Notes under the pieces: generated by a model
Told to the model about the DNA's origin: nothing
Database searches by the model: none
What the model saw: only the letters and a program-made list of their open reading frames with translations
Program-made: the position numbers and the translations under genes
Source of the DNA: Zygnema circumcarinatum SAG 698-1b
Taxonomy: Eukaryota > Plantae > Zygnematophyceae
Direction: 5' to 3'
Assembly (NCBI GenBank): GCA_037447605.1
Contig: CM074806.1
Span: 3,348,001-3,412,000, forward strand
DNA: 64,000 nucleotides
In this document: positions 23,667-40,054 of the stretch, one piece after another
Layout: the number at the start of each line of letters is the position of its first letter
How positions within the stretch are numbered: the stretch's first letter is position 1

Positions 23667-26600
23667 ATGGGGCGAGAGCAGGAGCTGCTGTACTACGTGG
23701 CAGTTGCGAATGGCATGCAGATTGTGGAAAGTCATGCAAACGGCAGCGACGATTTGAACCGTATCGCTATAGACGCCCTGAAGGATGTTCCGGAACACAG
23801 TAGTCACTACAGTCTGGTCAGTGCCCGTGTTCGAAGTGCCTATTTTTGCTCTCCCTATCGGCTTTCGCTAGTTCTCTTATTCCTGAAGCATTTCTGTCTG
23901 CTTTGAACCGAGTGCATGTGGCAGACTAGCCTTTAGGGTTTGACACGGCAACCGTTGGAGTAGTAACATTGGGAAGAAGCTCTTGGAAATCATGCATCAC
24001 TGTCAATAACTGCCCTTTGACGAAATGCTGTGAAAGGGGCCCAGTCATTGCAGAGATTTTAATCCCTTGATTTAGTACGCATAGTTGGTGGTTGTGATGG
24101 CAAAAGGTATTGTAGGGCAAAACCAGGCGAAGGATCTGCCTGCACTTCCTGCTTGAATGAAGAGTGAGCCCCCAACGGGTGGTAGGCTGCTTGGATTGAT
24201 CGCCAACACTGTTGAATTGCAGCCAGCACGTACGGTTGCCTCATGAATGATTGACCTGCTTCTCGATACATACAGTGTCCCGGGCGTTGTCAGATAAAAC
24301 TTCTGTCACTGGGGGCTGTGGATAGTGCCTCCCATGTCTGCTTATATGGCAGTTTTGAATCATGCACTTCCTATCTCAACAGCTTGATACCACCATCTCC
24401 GAAGCTTTCAGAAGCGTTTTTTCGAAACGCCGGTTAGGGATTAATCTGCAGTTGAAAAGATTACGCGCCCTTTTATGGGAAACTACAGGAATGCTGAAGT
24501 GAAACTGTTTCGACTTTTCGGGACTGCTGAAAGTTGATTTCGTTAGCCACCCTCAAGGCTTTTTATAGTCTACCTAGTGGACCTGATTCCAGACCTTGAG
24601 CTTTGATGGAGTTTGCTGTTTGCTGAACGGATGTTCTTCTAATGCCCTGGAATGTGAAACTGCCCATGAGAGGCATATTCAGCATGCTGATTTCACTTCT
24701 CGGGATAATGTCCTTTCGGTCAAAAGAAGGACAGAATTGCCCCAGTTCTGAAGCTGCTTGCTCAGGTCTGTAGAATGCCGATCAGTTGGATTGCATTCAT
24801 GTTCTTAGTCGTTTCTAACGAGTGGTGATAGTTTTGTCAATGTTCGACACTGATGGAGCTATAGGCTTGCTGCTTCTTTGGAGCTTTTGGAGAGAACTTG
24901 TGTTGAGGCAGTATTGCATGGTTGACGACTTTATATCCGCCACTTTCTGCGTGTTCGTTATTATCTCCAGTAGGATGTCTGGCAAACGGCATGTGCTTTC
25001 CTCATCATTACACCACGCAATAGACCCCTTCTCGACGATGTTTAGTGCACCATGTTTTTAAATTTTTACCTGTGAAAACTTTCTGAGATGTGAAACAATG
25101 TTTGCACCCCCCTTTTGCAGGGCTTTGATGACACAATTTTTGTGTTTATGCGAGACAAAAAAAACCACGATCTTGTTTACATGCTCGTAGGTCACTCCGT
25201 TCTCACCAAGGAAAAGGCATGGAAACATCTTTCAGACCTCCGTGACAGTTATTGGAAGCAGAAGTCTCAGAAGCATCGCTCAGTGGATGGGTTGAAGCAC
25301 CACATGCAGGATCTAGTCAAGAGAGTGAAGGACACAATTCCTCCGCGAGTGGACTTAATAGTCTACCCTGATGCACCACGAAATTATCTCGTGCCAAAAG
25401 AGGGAGATGAAGAGCCGGAGCTGGTCCCCCTGTCCCGGTTGTCTGCACCTCCCGGACGGAAAAGCTTGCAGGAGGAGTTGGCAGAGTTGGGTGATTCAGA
25501 AGATGATGAGCCGATTGTTGACTCTCCAACCAAACTTTCATCAGGATCAGGTTTGAGAGTTGCAAGTGGAGCTCAGGCAGAGGGAGGCTCTCAGCCCGGG
25601 AGTGGAGGAGGGGCATTTAACTTCTTGCAGGCCCAATCTGGGTTTGGGAAGAAGTCATTAGCATGGTCTGTTGAAATAAAGAACGCAGTGCCGCCAGTGA
25701 ATATGAAGTCTGGACTGAAGCAACCAACGTGGTCTATGGAGTTAAGTGCAAAGAATAAACAACAACATCTGCAAGGGCAGGCCCATCCACCCACTGAGGA
25801 TGAGGGCCCTCCATCGAAGGATTTTGACAAGCCAAACCATTCCCTTTTGAGCTGGGCTATGAAGCGAGGAGGGCCAATACCAGAAGTGCCTTTGGCATTA
25901 GGCCGGGAGCAAAAGTCAAGTTCTGGCAGCAATGATGCGTCGCCATCGTATGACAGTGCAGAACCAAGTGACAGAGCAACTGATGGTGGGTCGGAGCCGG
26001 ATTCAGTGCCGCTTTGGGGAACCTCAAGTGTCAGTTCTGACGAATTTCAAAGGAGGCAGCAGACTGGGGGGCAGTCTGGTGGATCACGGAAGAAAGGATC
26101 ACCTGGTGGCATGATAGGTTATATCCAACGCAGTAACTCCAAATCACAGGAATATCCATCTAAGGTTTCACCAGAAGAACGATTTCATCCCCGTGAAATT
26201 AGAACAGACGTGTACAGAGTTCATGAAAATGAAGGCTTCTACTCAGAGCGTAGCAAACCTGTAGCGGGAAGGATTAGTGCGATGGCACCGTCTGGTTTAT
26301 CGTGGCATGAGGAGATTCGGAGATATAACATCTCCATGGGTCTTGCTGCTCCAAAGCCGTTTTCTGGTACACTGGCAAGCCCAGCGCGTGACGGGACAGT
26401 TTCTGGTATGGCAGCACCAACAGAACAAATTGTGAAGAAGACAACCACTCCGACATCACAGGGAGGGAGCTGGCCTGTGCGAGACAACGTTCATAGCACC
26501 GAACCCCATAATCAGGTAAGCATCCTGTCAGAGGAGTCGCTTGTACTTGTCTGTAGTGAGTGTGCTAGCATGTAATTGAACTATCAGAATGTAATTAGTG

Positions 26601-29600
26601 GGTTGCTGCCTGTCTCGTATGGATGACCCTGTAGAGCTCGGTGACTGGTACATTTGTGAGAGAAATCAGAGGTCCAAGGCCAGAGAACTACTATGCACTC
26701 GTTCCCCCCTCTCCCTCCTCCGAACCGTCGATACCTTTTAATAAGGGTTGGAGTTTGACATCAACTAGTTTTGGTATACCTTGTTATTGGCACGAACTTT
26801 GTAAAGTGCATTCTTCAGCTCAGACCATACTTCTGATATGGGAAAATCTTCAGTTTGCTTCAGACCACTTGCTATTGTTTGCGGAGCTGGCTTTGAGAAA
26901 GCAAGCAACAGGAATGATGCTCCAAAATGTTTAAGATTAAAATATGAGATGATTCCAGTTTGATAAGTGTACTTGCGCTGATTTTGGACTTCCATCCGAA
27001 AGCAGGTAAGTGCCGGAATGGCAGAGGACGTGCCTGCTGTTTGCATTCTCCGACTTTTCCCTGCCATCGGCATTTAGGCTGCAGCTTAACTACAAAAAAC
27101 TTGACGTGACAGGAATAGGTTGGAATAAGGCCAAGTGTCGAATAAAGGCTACACTTGCTTTAGAGAGAAAGCAGGGCTTGACCTCTCTTGGCCTCTAGTC
27201 AGTTTGGCCTTGAGATTACTCTGCAGTCATTACATTTGGTGGTAACCAGGCTGATTATCGATGTTTTGCAAGCTTTTCAATTTACTGGTCATTAGGAGCC
27301 AAGGAGCATGGCACAACGTGGTGTGATGAAGCCCGCATGACATATGAATCCACTCAGTTTGATAAAATCCAGTTTTGGTTAACCTGTCGAACTATCGCTT
27401 TGATCAGATCATCAAACCAAACCCCTCAGGTCCACTGAAATGGGTGGACTCCGAGTCTTTATTCATAAACTTTCTTGATGCTCCATATCCGGTGTTTTTC
27501 TTCTAGTTTTAAAAATGAGTCATAGCCATTCGGAGTGTTGGTGTTGACCGGACGATTTGTCTTCTTTTGGCTTGAATTTTTGGACTTTGTTTGGGCCTTC
27601 AATGAGTTCGAGATAAAGAGCACTATGCCTGTACTGGTTTTGAGTGAAGAAGCTGCTTCTGACCTTTTAGTGCTGGGCCTGTCTGGAGGTAGGTGGCGGT
27701 AAAGCGACCTCAAGATACCTGGAAAAAGGTTCGCTCTTACTGTTTCAAACCTGGGAATTGGGTTTGATGGGTGAGGCCTAGGCACCAAAGGCTCTGCATG
27801 GTCCTTCACCGGAGTTTGCATTCGCACATGCATGAAGTGTGAGGTTGACATTTTTACCTAGTAAATCAATACATCTGTACACAGTCTTGCAGGGTAGTGG
27901 TACGTAGGAGGTGGTTGAGTGTGCGGAAGTAGTTCCTGCTGCCGACTCTGTCACACGATCCATGCCACTAGTTGCTACGTTTGTTTGCAATTGACATTTT
28001 CGCTGGCATCAAGTCTCGTCTTCAACATACATGTATGGAAATGGTTTGCATGAGCTGACTTGCTTGTATGCTTTCCAAAGCGTAACGTTTTCATGTGTCA
28101 TTCTACTCGGGTATGCTATGCGGAACCATTAGCAATTGAAAGTTCCCGCTAGTTTCTCATCATCTTTGGTATTTCCATTGGAAGTAGTCTGTATGCATTC
28201 AGTTTACTTCTTTCTGCTTAATACATAGTATTGTTTTGTGAGAGCCATTTTGAACCTTTATGAATGGTAAATTGTAACCTTTCTGATAGTACAAGTGTGA
28301 AACTTGTCTCTCTTCGAATGCGTTTGGATGTCTGGAAATATGCACGCGGTCTTTCTCTTGCTGAAGTCCAAAAAAACTATATCTTGCTTCATTAAGTCGT
28401 TTCGTCCGTCAATCAGTGTGCAAAGGCCAAGTTGAGAGTTTCCAATGGCTTGCTTCCATGAATTTGGGTTGGCGCTTTCTCTGTCCAAGAGCATCTGTCA
28501 CTAAAATTCTTCAGCAATGGAAGCAAGCTGAAGCCTTCAATTTGGGTCCCGATGCAGGTGTCTTTTGTAGACCCTCGTTGACATATCCTTGGTTCAGAAA
28601 TTGAGCTTTTGATAGTCAGAGGTGTTTTCTGTTAAGATTCATTACGGCAATGTGTTGTTTTGAGGAAAGAAGGCTTTCTGCATCTGAAATCTTTGTGATT
28701 TGCTGCTGGATTTAAAGTGTGTATGAGAGAGAATAGGAGAGTAAAAGGGAGCGATCAAAGGAATGGTGTTAGACGGTGAGAGTGGAGGAAGGATGGGAAA
28801 GAGACAGCTACCTACAGGAATGGGAGGGGTAAGGTGCAGAGTGGGATAGAGTGTGAAGTCAGTGTGAGAGAGTGAGGGGGAGAGATAGGCAGAGAGAGTG
28901 AATCGAGTGTATGTCTTGACTTGTGTGGTTGGCATGAAGGAGGCTGTTTGTTAGAGAAATGACTGCAGGCTTTTGTGCCTCTTCCCTTCAGGCTGATGAC
29001 ATGGCAAGAAGCCCTTCTTGGGCCTACTGCCGTGCGATGGGGCAGAAAGCAAAGGCTGTACTCACCGCCATTGGAACTTTGGGAGCTTTAAGAACGCCCG
29101 GGGGGCGTATAGACTCGTGTTGAGGCACGTTTGCTTTCTTTTGTTGTCGCTCAACTGCTGCTTTTTCTTATTTCCTGTATGCTTATATCCTGCGGGAGCT
29201 GGTATATTTCCACTGCTGTTCATTTGTAAACAGCTTTTTTGTCATCAGCTATTAACCTGGTCAAGGCATAGACTACCTGCTAGACGATTATCACGAGTTG
29301 TTCGTTCATTTTTCTTGAATTGGCTTTTCGTAGAGGGGCTTCATGGTTTTTCGACCTTATTGACGGGCCCTTTTGTCTGCGCAATAGCAGAGAAGTTGCT
29401 ATGCTTTGTTTTACTGTACTGGTAGTGGCCTTGCGGAATGGTGTGTAGCAGATGTGTACTGTTGCTCGACTATTAATACTCAGGCTTCAGTTTCTTGCCT
29501 CTGACTCACCTCTTTACATTTCAGATGTGAAAGGCAACGCACATGACAAGCACAATTGACAGAATGTGTCGTATGGTATAGATTTGATTATGCTGTTGCC

Positions 29601-30745
29601 TCAGAGTTCCGTCCAGTTCTTGGAAAGGACGTCAGCTTTTGATGAAATCAAAGGACCTTTAAAATCAGTTTATTGATTGGGCAAGCTGCTGAGGGGCTAT
29701 ACTTTAGTAGAGGAGTCCGGTCCCTCTTTCATGTCTGCAAGAGCCTTGTGAATGGAAATTGCGTTCCGACTGACTGGGGGGGGGGCCTCAGCTCGAGGCC
29801 AAACACTGAGTGCTTTGTGTAGGGTGCGTTTGGTTCATCCGATTGTTCTGACGCATAAACCAAAAGCATCCCTCTGCTTATGCATCGTATGGGTGGAAAA
29901 CTTGTGTCCTTCAAATCTGATGGTGTGCGTCTGGTGGTGAAGCATCATGCTGCACATACAGCCTCCTCGCTCGCTATTTCTGGGTAGTTTGAAGCAGCCT
30001 TCCTTACGCAGTTGTTCTTTGGATTGTCCACAGCCACCACAACGTCAACCTCAGCCAAGAAAGCGTCCTGGCTGTTTTTGCCTTTGGTAAGGCTTGCCCC
30101 CTGCATGGCTGGTGAAGAAGAGCGGCATGGGCATGGGACAGAGATGATGCTGCCCATGGCATCCACTGGCATGCACATGCGCGTGTATGGTTACTGACTG
30201 TTTCGCCTACACCAGTCCCCTTTGAGCAGCTCATGGTCTATCGTCTGCAACTCACCGTTTCCACGAGCACCGTTCCTTTGTGTTTTTGCTGGTGCTTATG
30301 TTTGGTTGCCACGCAATTGTGCATTGCCGTGTGACCCATCTCTTTGTGTTCTTTCGTGTGCAAGCAGGAAAGTCAAACTGAGGCCTCTTTGCTTGCCTTG
30401 CCTTTCTCTGGACTCTTGAGCTGTTCCAGAAACCGCTCCTTCTTTCAGTTTCCCTCCCATATATTCGCTGATGGCTTGTCTCTGCAGCTCTTACCTAGTC
30501 TGTTTAAGATTGGCAGGACTGGATGAGCGATTTGGTAAGCTGTTCGCAGTGTGTGTGCAGTGTTCTGTGTTTCCTGTCACCCTCCGACTCTTCATTGCCA
30601 AGGTCGTGCCACTAACCTGGCTGTTGTGTTGCTTGGATCGTGGCAGACGATCAAGCTGGCGATCGGAGTCAACCTTGTAGCCATGGCAGCGTGCATCATA
30701 GCGTGGCTGGCCATCTGTGGGGGGCTGGAATGCCTCACTAGTTAA
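23667..30745 (+). CDS. Phytolongin-like protein: longin domain, long low-complexity middle, C-terminal TM anchor
   Basis: Exon 1 MGREQELLYYVAVANG..HYSL joins exon 25121-26517 (GFDDTIFVFMRD..LVYMLVG..LSDLRDSY). The last exon ends WQTIKLAIGVNLVAMAACIIAWLAICGGLECLTS*, resembling VAMP7/phytolongin tails. Internal exons between 26.5 and 30.5 kb are not resolved. Confidence 0.65.
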
Positions 30746-32012
30746 GCCCGTTTCAATAAGTGGCTCCCGTACAAGATCGGAGACCAGACAACCTGATTCA
30801 TGCGGGTTGCATGGTGGTAGTTGAGAAATGGTTTGAATTTCTCGCCAAGCAAGTGTACCCCTTTTTATGTCTTACGTTACTGGTCATGGAGCGACGATTT
30901 GACACGTTGGCAAGGAGACACAGGCAGAGAGTGCGGCTTTGTATACATATGTCGGTGTCCTGTTGGAACGCTCAGACTGGGGCCGGGGAGCGTGCTGTCA
31001 TTGCAGCACACTTCTCTTTGATAGGGGGGTGGCGTCCTTTTGAGATAAGTGGAGATTTTGGTGCACTTCCAAGCAAGGAAGTTTTAGGTCTAATGGAGTC
31101 TTGCTATTTGTGGCATTCATATTATTAGGGGATGGGTGGTGCATGCCTATGGCAGGTACTTACCATGGCCTCCAAGCAATTACAGCGTAATAGTGAATCT
31201 GAAGTATGTGGTGACCTTCTTTATGGAAGAAGATGAGTCTACATTAACCGAGCCGTTTAGCGTACGGTAATTGTTGCATTGTGGTGCCATGTTGAGTGAA
31301 ATCGTTACTTGTTGGTCACTTTGTCATGGGATGGCGTTGATGATGTGCAGCCACAGACTTCTGTGCGCTGGTTAGTCTAGCAGCGCACATTGTCGATTGT
31401 GCAATGCTATGCGAACATGCACATTCACCAAGCTTTGACGAGCGAGGAAGCACGTGCCAAATGAGAAGGCACTCGCATGCTTGCGGTACACATATACTAT
31501 ACGGGAATATACTGAAGTAATATAGTGCCATACGGGACTTTGCTGAAACGAGCCCTCATAGAGTACCACTAAATGCTGAATTTTTAGAAAATTACCAATA
31601 GTTTACCTCAATACGCGATTGCTCCTGACATCTGCCCGCGAACCTTTTTCTCAAAATCTCTTAGATTGAGCGCGACAACACGATATCCAAACATTGAAGA
31701 GCATTGTACATATCGCCTTCGATCCCAGCAGAGCGGGATGCTGAGTATGTGCGGACCAGTTTTCCCTTCGTCGCATACTTTTCCCTATAATTGCCGTAGT
31801 ATCGTCGCTCAGCTCAACGTGCAGGTAAATCAGTACTGGTGCTTAGTGATATCGAATGTTGAGTTTTCTGAACATTCAATCGTTTCGACAATTTCAACAT
31901 ATCGTCGAGACATCTAATCGGTTCTACGCATTAAGCATTGCGTTTTGTAGGCTGCAATACATCGTTGATGAGCTTCAACATGAACATGAACCACAAGGGA
32001 CAAAAGTTCAGT

Positions 32013-32066
32013 GGGTGCGACACCGGGACTTCCCGGGAGGTCACCCATCCCAGTACTATTCCGGCT
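32013..32066 (-). pseudogene. 5'-truncated 5S rRNA fragment (3' half only)
   Basis: Minus strand reads GCCGGAATAGTACTGGGATGGGTGACCTCCCGGGAAGTCCCGGTGTCGCACCC, followed 7 nt later by TTTT. This matches the 3' half of plant/charophyte 5S. The 5' half and box A are not recognisable. Confidence 0.88.
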
Positions 32067-32530
32067 AACCTCAAGGTGTATAGTACGGAACACTGTTCTC
32101 GAGTCAATCTGCGATGACGTCTTTCCGTACAGCACGGACTGTCGCGACCACAGCTACAGTAGCGGCCAAACAGCGCGCAGCGGAACGAGGCGCAAAGCGA
32201 CAAAGGGCGGGCGGGCGGGCGCAGCCGCCCCCGCTGCGTCGCCGCTCGTGCGAACGTGCCACGTGGAGACGCAGCGCCACTGGCGCGGCGCCACGTGGTC
32301 GTGTAACTGTTCGCCGGCGGCGGCTCCGCAAACGGACAAAAGGGACAGCTGCGCGGGGGCGCACAAAGGCGCCGGCGCGGAGGGGAACGGCACCGCGCTC
32401 GACTGCTGCTGCTGCTGCTGCTGCGATCGACCCGCGGAAAGGGGGCGGAGGGAGAGGAAGAGAGGGAGAGAAGGATAGGGAAAGATAAGGAAGAGTGACG
32501 GAGGAAGGAGAGTGAGCGAGAGTCGGAGCA

Positions 32531-35978
<3,448 letters not shown>

Positions 35979-37211
35979 GCGACGCGACGCGACGCGATTA
36001 GGGTTGTGGGCTCGCCCGCTCGAGCGACCGAGCGCGGGGGCTTTGGCTCTCTCACAGCGCTCCTTTGTTAAGCGCGTTTTGTTCGTGGGATGAGCGAGGC
36101 TCGCGTTGGTAGCGGATGGGAGGTGTGGGCCGTTCTGCAACAGAAGGGTCCTTTTGCGGTAGTCGTAGGTAGTGCGACGGCGCACAGTGTGGCTAAGCAG
36201 TGCATGTATGGTGTACTTAATGTGCAACAAATATGTATATATATACAAGATATTTTTTTCTGGATTGAAACGTGTTTTATGGGTTGGTCCGCGCTTCAAG
36301 AAACTGCAAACGAGTGGGCAATGCATGGACAGATAGTTCCTTTGGGGCGTACGAGAGGTGGCGAGGGTCTACTATACATATGAAATAAAAGCCCCTCCAA
36401 CGGAACCGAGGGAAGACGCAACCTCCCCCCTTCCCCCTCCCCCCACCACCCTCCCCCCTCCCCTCTCCTACCTCGCCCCTCCCCCCTCCGACCTTCCCCC
36501 TCCTCCCTCCGTTTCTCATTCCTCAAAAGAAATCCTGTTCACAAATATGTTGTTGTTTCTTGAGAAGATGGTTTCGAAGGTTTTTTTTGTTGAGAAGCCA
36601 GAAACTTTAAGTTCTTCTTATCTCAACCAGTTCAGTTTTACGGTATTATTTGATATTATAGTGTTATTATAGTTGCCCTACTTTTAGAACAAATTACAAC
36701 AGTAATATTAAAGTCGTAAATTTTCACGGCCATCCTTAAAAAGCCAATGACCAATGCAATTTCCGGTCCACCATGGAAGCAGCAGTCAAAGTCGCTTCCC
36801 GCAGTGTCCACGCAATTCTCAAGTACGGAGCTCCGCGCGCGAACATTAGCGGGAGCGCCCGCTCCTCGCACGACTGACGGACCCGCTGAACCTGGATCGA
36901 CTGTCGTCCTCATTCACGCACCGACTTCCGATAGGGCCTGTACGGGAGAAGTGCCGAGGTCTTTCCTCGATGATCCCAACGGTCCGAGTGTGGTAGACTC
37001 CGCCCGGACCAGTGGATCCAGCAACAGTGCGGCGAGTGGATCCGGAGGGGAAGGTCCAGACTCCCCGCTTGCCAGCAGCGGCCAGCTGGCAGGAAGGGAG
37101 GCGCGCAGAGGAGCACGTTTTAAGGGTTCCCTCCTGCGTCAGCTTGGCGGTGAAGCTTTTTACGTCGTATAGTTTTTTTGTGTATTTTTGAGAACGTGAG
37201 AACGCGGAAGC

Positions 37212-39730
37212 ATGGCTCCCGAGGTATGAATGTCTGCTGCTGAATCCATAGACTATCTGAACGCAGACCTATATTTTCTTACATATGCTTCATTACGTAG
37301 GCGGCAGATTGATGATGGAAGTTGCAGACGAGACCTTCTCTCCATCCCTGTGTCCAGACGACGAGGCGGCGTTGGCGGAGGAGCTAACGACCTCTAGCCA
37401 CCTCTGCACAGAACAATCGTCTCTGTTCTTACCTTTCCCTTTGGTTGAGACTGCTTGCATGACGCGGACACATGCTGCACATGCAGGCATGGTACATGGA
37501 TACATCAGACGCCGACCAGCGATTGGAGCACCGCCTGGACCCGAGCGAGCCTGTTTCCCAGAAGAAGCTTGATGGTGAGAGATGGCTTCCTGCACTCCCT
37601 CTCGTCTCTCTGCCCCGCTCCCTTCTCCTCTCCCGGTTCTCTGTACTGCGATTCTTCCTCTCGCTCTCCTACCCCGTGCGCTCCTCTCCTCCATTTCATT
37701 CCTTATACCTCTCGCAGAGTGCTTCCTGTGTCTCCCCTTTGCCGCCTTGTTAGCCGCCGTCCTTAAAAAATTAATCTGGTCCTGCCTTCTCTTTCCTCTC
37801 CCGTTTGCTCCTCCGCCCCCCTCCCTCTTTCCCTTGTCCCTGTTCTCCCATCCGCCCTAATTTATCTCCTCTAGTTCCTCTTTTTCGTTTTCTCTAAATT
37901 GCGATATGGAGCACGGAGTTAGATGCCTGCAGTAGGGTCTGTCATGCGCTGAGGAAGTAACACCGTTACCAATGGTTTACCCTGGAAATCCTTGTCCTGA
38001 AGATGGACATCATTCATCATTATTTCTTGGTAGACTCCAAACATACTTTGTGGAAAACATGCCTCCTCAGAAGCAACGAACATGTTCCTACGTTCTGCAA
38101 TGGTTTCATTAGTATATGTTGCACTAGAGCGTCAATCGGAGTCTGTCCCACTACCCGATGATACCAGAAGTAATTGTTTCGCGCGAATCCGAATTTCATT
38201 GTTGATCAAATGATAAGCTCCTTTTTTGTCCACCTTGAGTGGACAGCGTTGATTCTTGTTGAGCCTTATGTGTGGAAAGCAAAGTTATTATTTTTTATTT
38301 GTTTAGCTTGCCAACATAATAGAGAAGTATCATCACAATGTTATCGTCATTGGCCATTTTATTGGCTATTGGAGCATTGCTGCAATGTATTTGCAGAGTT
38401 GGGAGTGCTCTCTTGGCATCTTGATGCGGACAAGTGGGAAACTGACCCGGATTTGGCAACGATTCGTAAAGACCGCAATTACACATATCATGTAAGTTGA
38501 GTGCTTAATGATGTACTGCTTTACCTTTTCCACTTTGCAGACATAAGTAGTAGCTTTGCAGACATTACGCTACTTTGCTATCGAGCAGACTCATTGGTGG
38601 CTGCCGTGTGGGCTTCAGGATGTGATTTGTGTGTCACCTGAGAAACTGCCCAATTACGAGCAGAAAATCAAGAGTTTTTATGAAGAGCATTTGCACACAG
38701 ATGAGGAGATTCGGTACGTCCTCGAAGGGTCTGGTAAGTTATGATGCCAAGTGAACTAAAGGCTGGTATAACGAGACGCATGCGAGATTGGATATTTGTG
38801 TGTTCGCCTGAATTAACCTTAATTACATCCCAAGTTGTGTGGTTTAAAAATAATGGCGCTCTGAGTAGCAATGCCATAAGCCGTGCTAGCACTTCTAGAT
38901 TACTGAGCTTATAGTCTATTGGCATCTGCTTGTTGCAGGCTATTTTGATGTCCGTGATGTGGATGAGCGCTGGATCCGCATTAAGTGCTTAAAAGGGGAT
39001 ATGATTGTGCTGCCTGCGGGAATTTACCATCGATTCACCCTTGACACGGACAACTACATCAAGGTCGGTTTAGCATCTGCATTTTTAAAGATGAACGTTT
39101 TCGGACCAAAGTAATTAAAGGAAGATAGTTTTGGGCGTTGCTGTTGAATGGGCCAAAAGGAATGGAGGAGACTAAACGTTGTTGTCAACTCTTTGTTTTT
39201 GCTAGGTTTTTTTTTTCTATTAAGCTCCTCTTCTGTCTAGTCTGCAGAACTGAAATGTGTTGCATATGGTTTGCCACAGGCTCTCCGTCTATTCGTGGGC
39301 GAGCCTGTTTGGACCCCATACAATCGTCCTGCTGATGCAATGCCTGCGAGGTGAGTGGATGAAACCCACTTGAACTCGCTCGGAAAGCTAAATTGTGTGA
39401 TGTGGGAGTAGTTTCTATTGCAGTGTTGTTTTTTTTGGGGGTACTATTTTCATATTTGGAGAGTGTGTTGAATCTTTGGAGTCGGCTTCTGCATGTTCTA
39501 GTGGGATGCAGTGGTGAAATCGTGCTAAATCATGCTTTTTCGGTTCATGAAGTTGAACGCTGGAGCTTCGAAAATAGTCATTGAATAATATTCGGTGTTC
39601 TTTCCTCCTTTGGAACTTTTCTCCCTTATTCAGTTCGTATATTGAGGGTTTTCTTATCCCGGGACATGTTTGGGCGCGCAGGAAAGAATACGTGGAACAC
39701 TTTGTGGCAAAACCAATCTCTGTGCAGTGA
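37212..39730 (+). CDS. ARD: Acireductone dioxygenase (methionine salvage, ARD/ADI1)
   Basis: Seven exons: MAPE|AWYMD..DQRLEH|LGVLSW|..[20 protein letters not shown]|[27 protein letters not shown]|[17 protein letters not shown]. The cupin metal ligands are intact. Confidence 0.95.
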
Positions 39731-39987
39731 AAGGAGGATTTTTCGGTTCAGTAGCTTTTTTTAGTCCTGCTCACGTATGTTATTTTTGGTGAGTGCATTG
39801 CAAACGTGATTTGTGTACAAAGATGTTACTACCGACGTCATTGCAAATGTTTTTTTGCTCCGATGGGAGAGTGCAACGTTTCATAAACAAGGGATTGACC
39901 GGACTGCCTTGTGAGATGAAGTGTGTGTGCCAAATTGATAATGTTGTTCATGATACAAATATAACTTAAAAAAAGCTACACTGCCAT

Positions 39988-40054
39988 GCTCTTTTAGCTC
40001 AGTTGGTTAGAGCACCTGTTTCTTAAGGGTGGGGCTCAACTCTCAAAGGGAGCA
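39988..40054 (+). pseudogene. tRNA pseudogene (tRNA-Thr-like body, broken anticodon arm)
   Basis: GCTCTTTTAGCTCAGTTGGTTAGAGCACCTGTTTCTTAAGGGTGGGGCTCAACTCTCAAAGGGAGCA (67 nt). Acceptor stem, D-arm and box A are intact. The 3' strand of the anticodon stem is missing (about 7 nt short) and the T-arm is degenerate. TTTTT lies downstream. Confidence 0.75.

Noticed and set aside
27459-27851. 130-aa antisense ORF nested in the phytolongin-like gene
   Set aside because: No recognisable domain, and the length is within chance expectation.
31990-32100. Functional 5S rRNA gene or confirmed Cassandra element
   Set aside because: The 5' half and box A are missing, and no second 5S-bearing LTR is present in the window.
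36747-37172. 141-aa ORF upstream of ARD
   Set aside because: Low-complexity Ser/Gly/Pro content in a GC-rich promoter region. ARD has its own ATG at 37212 with a clean donor.
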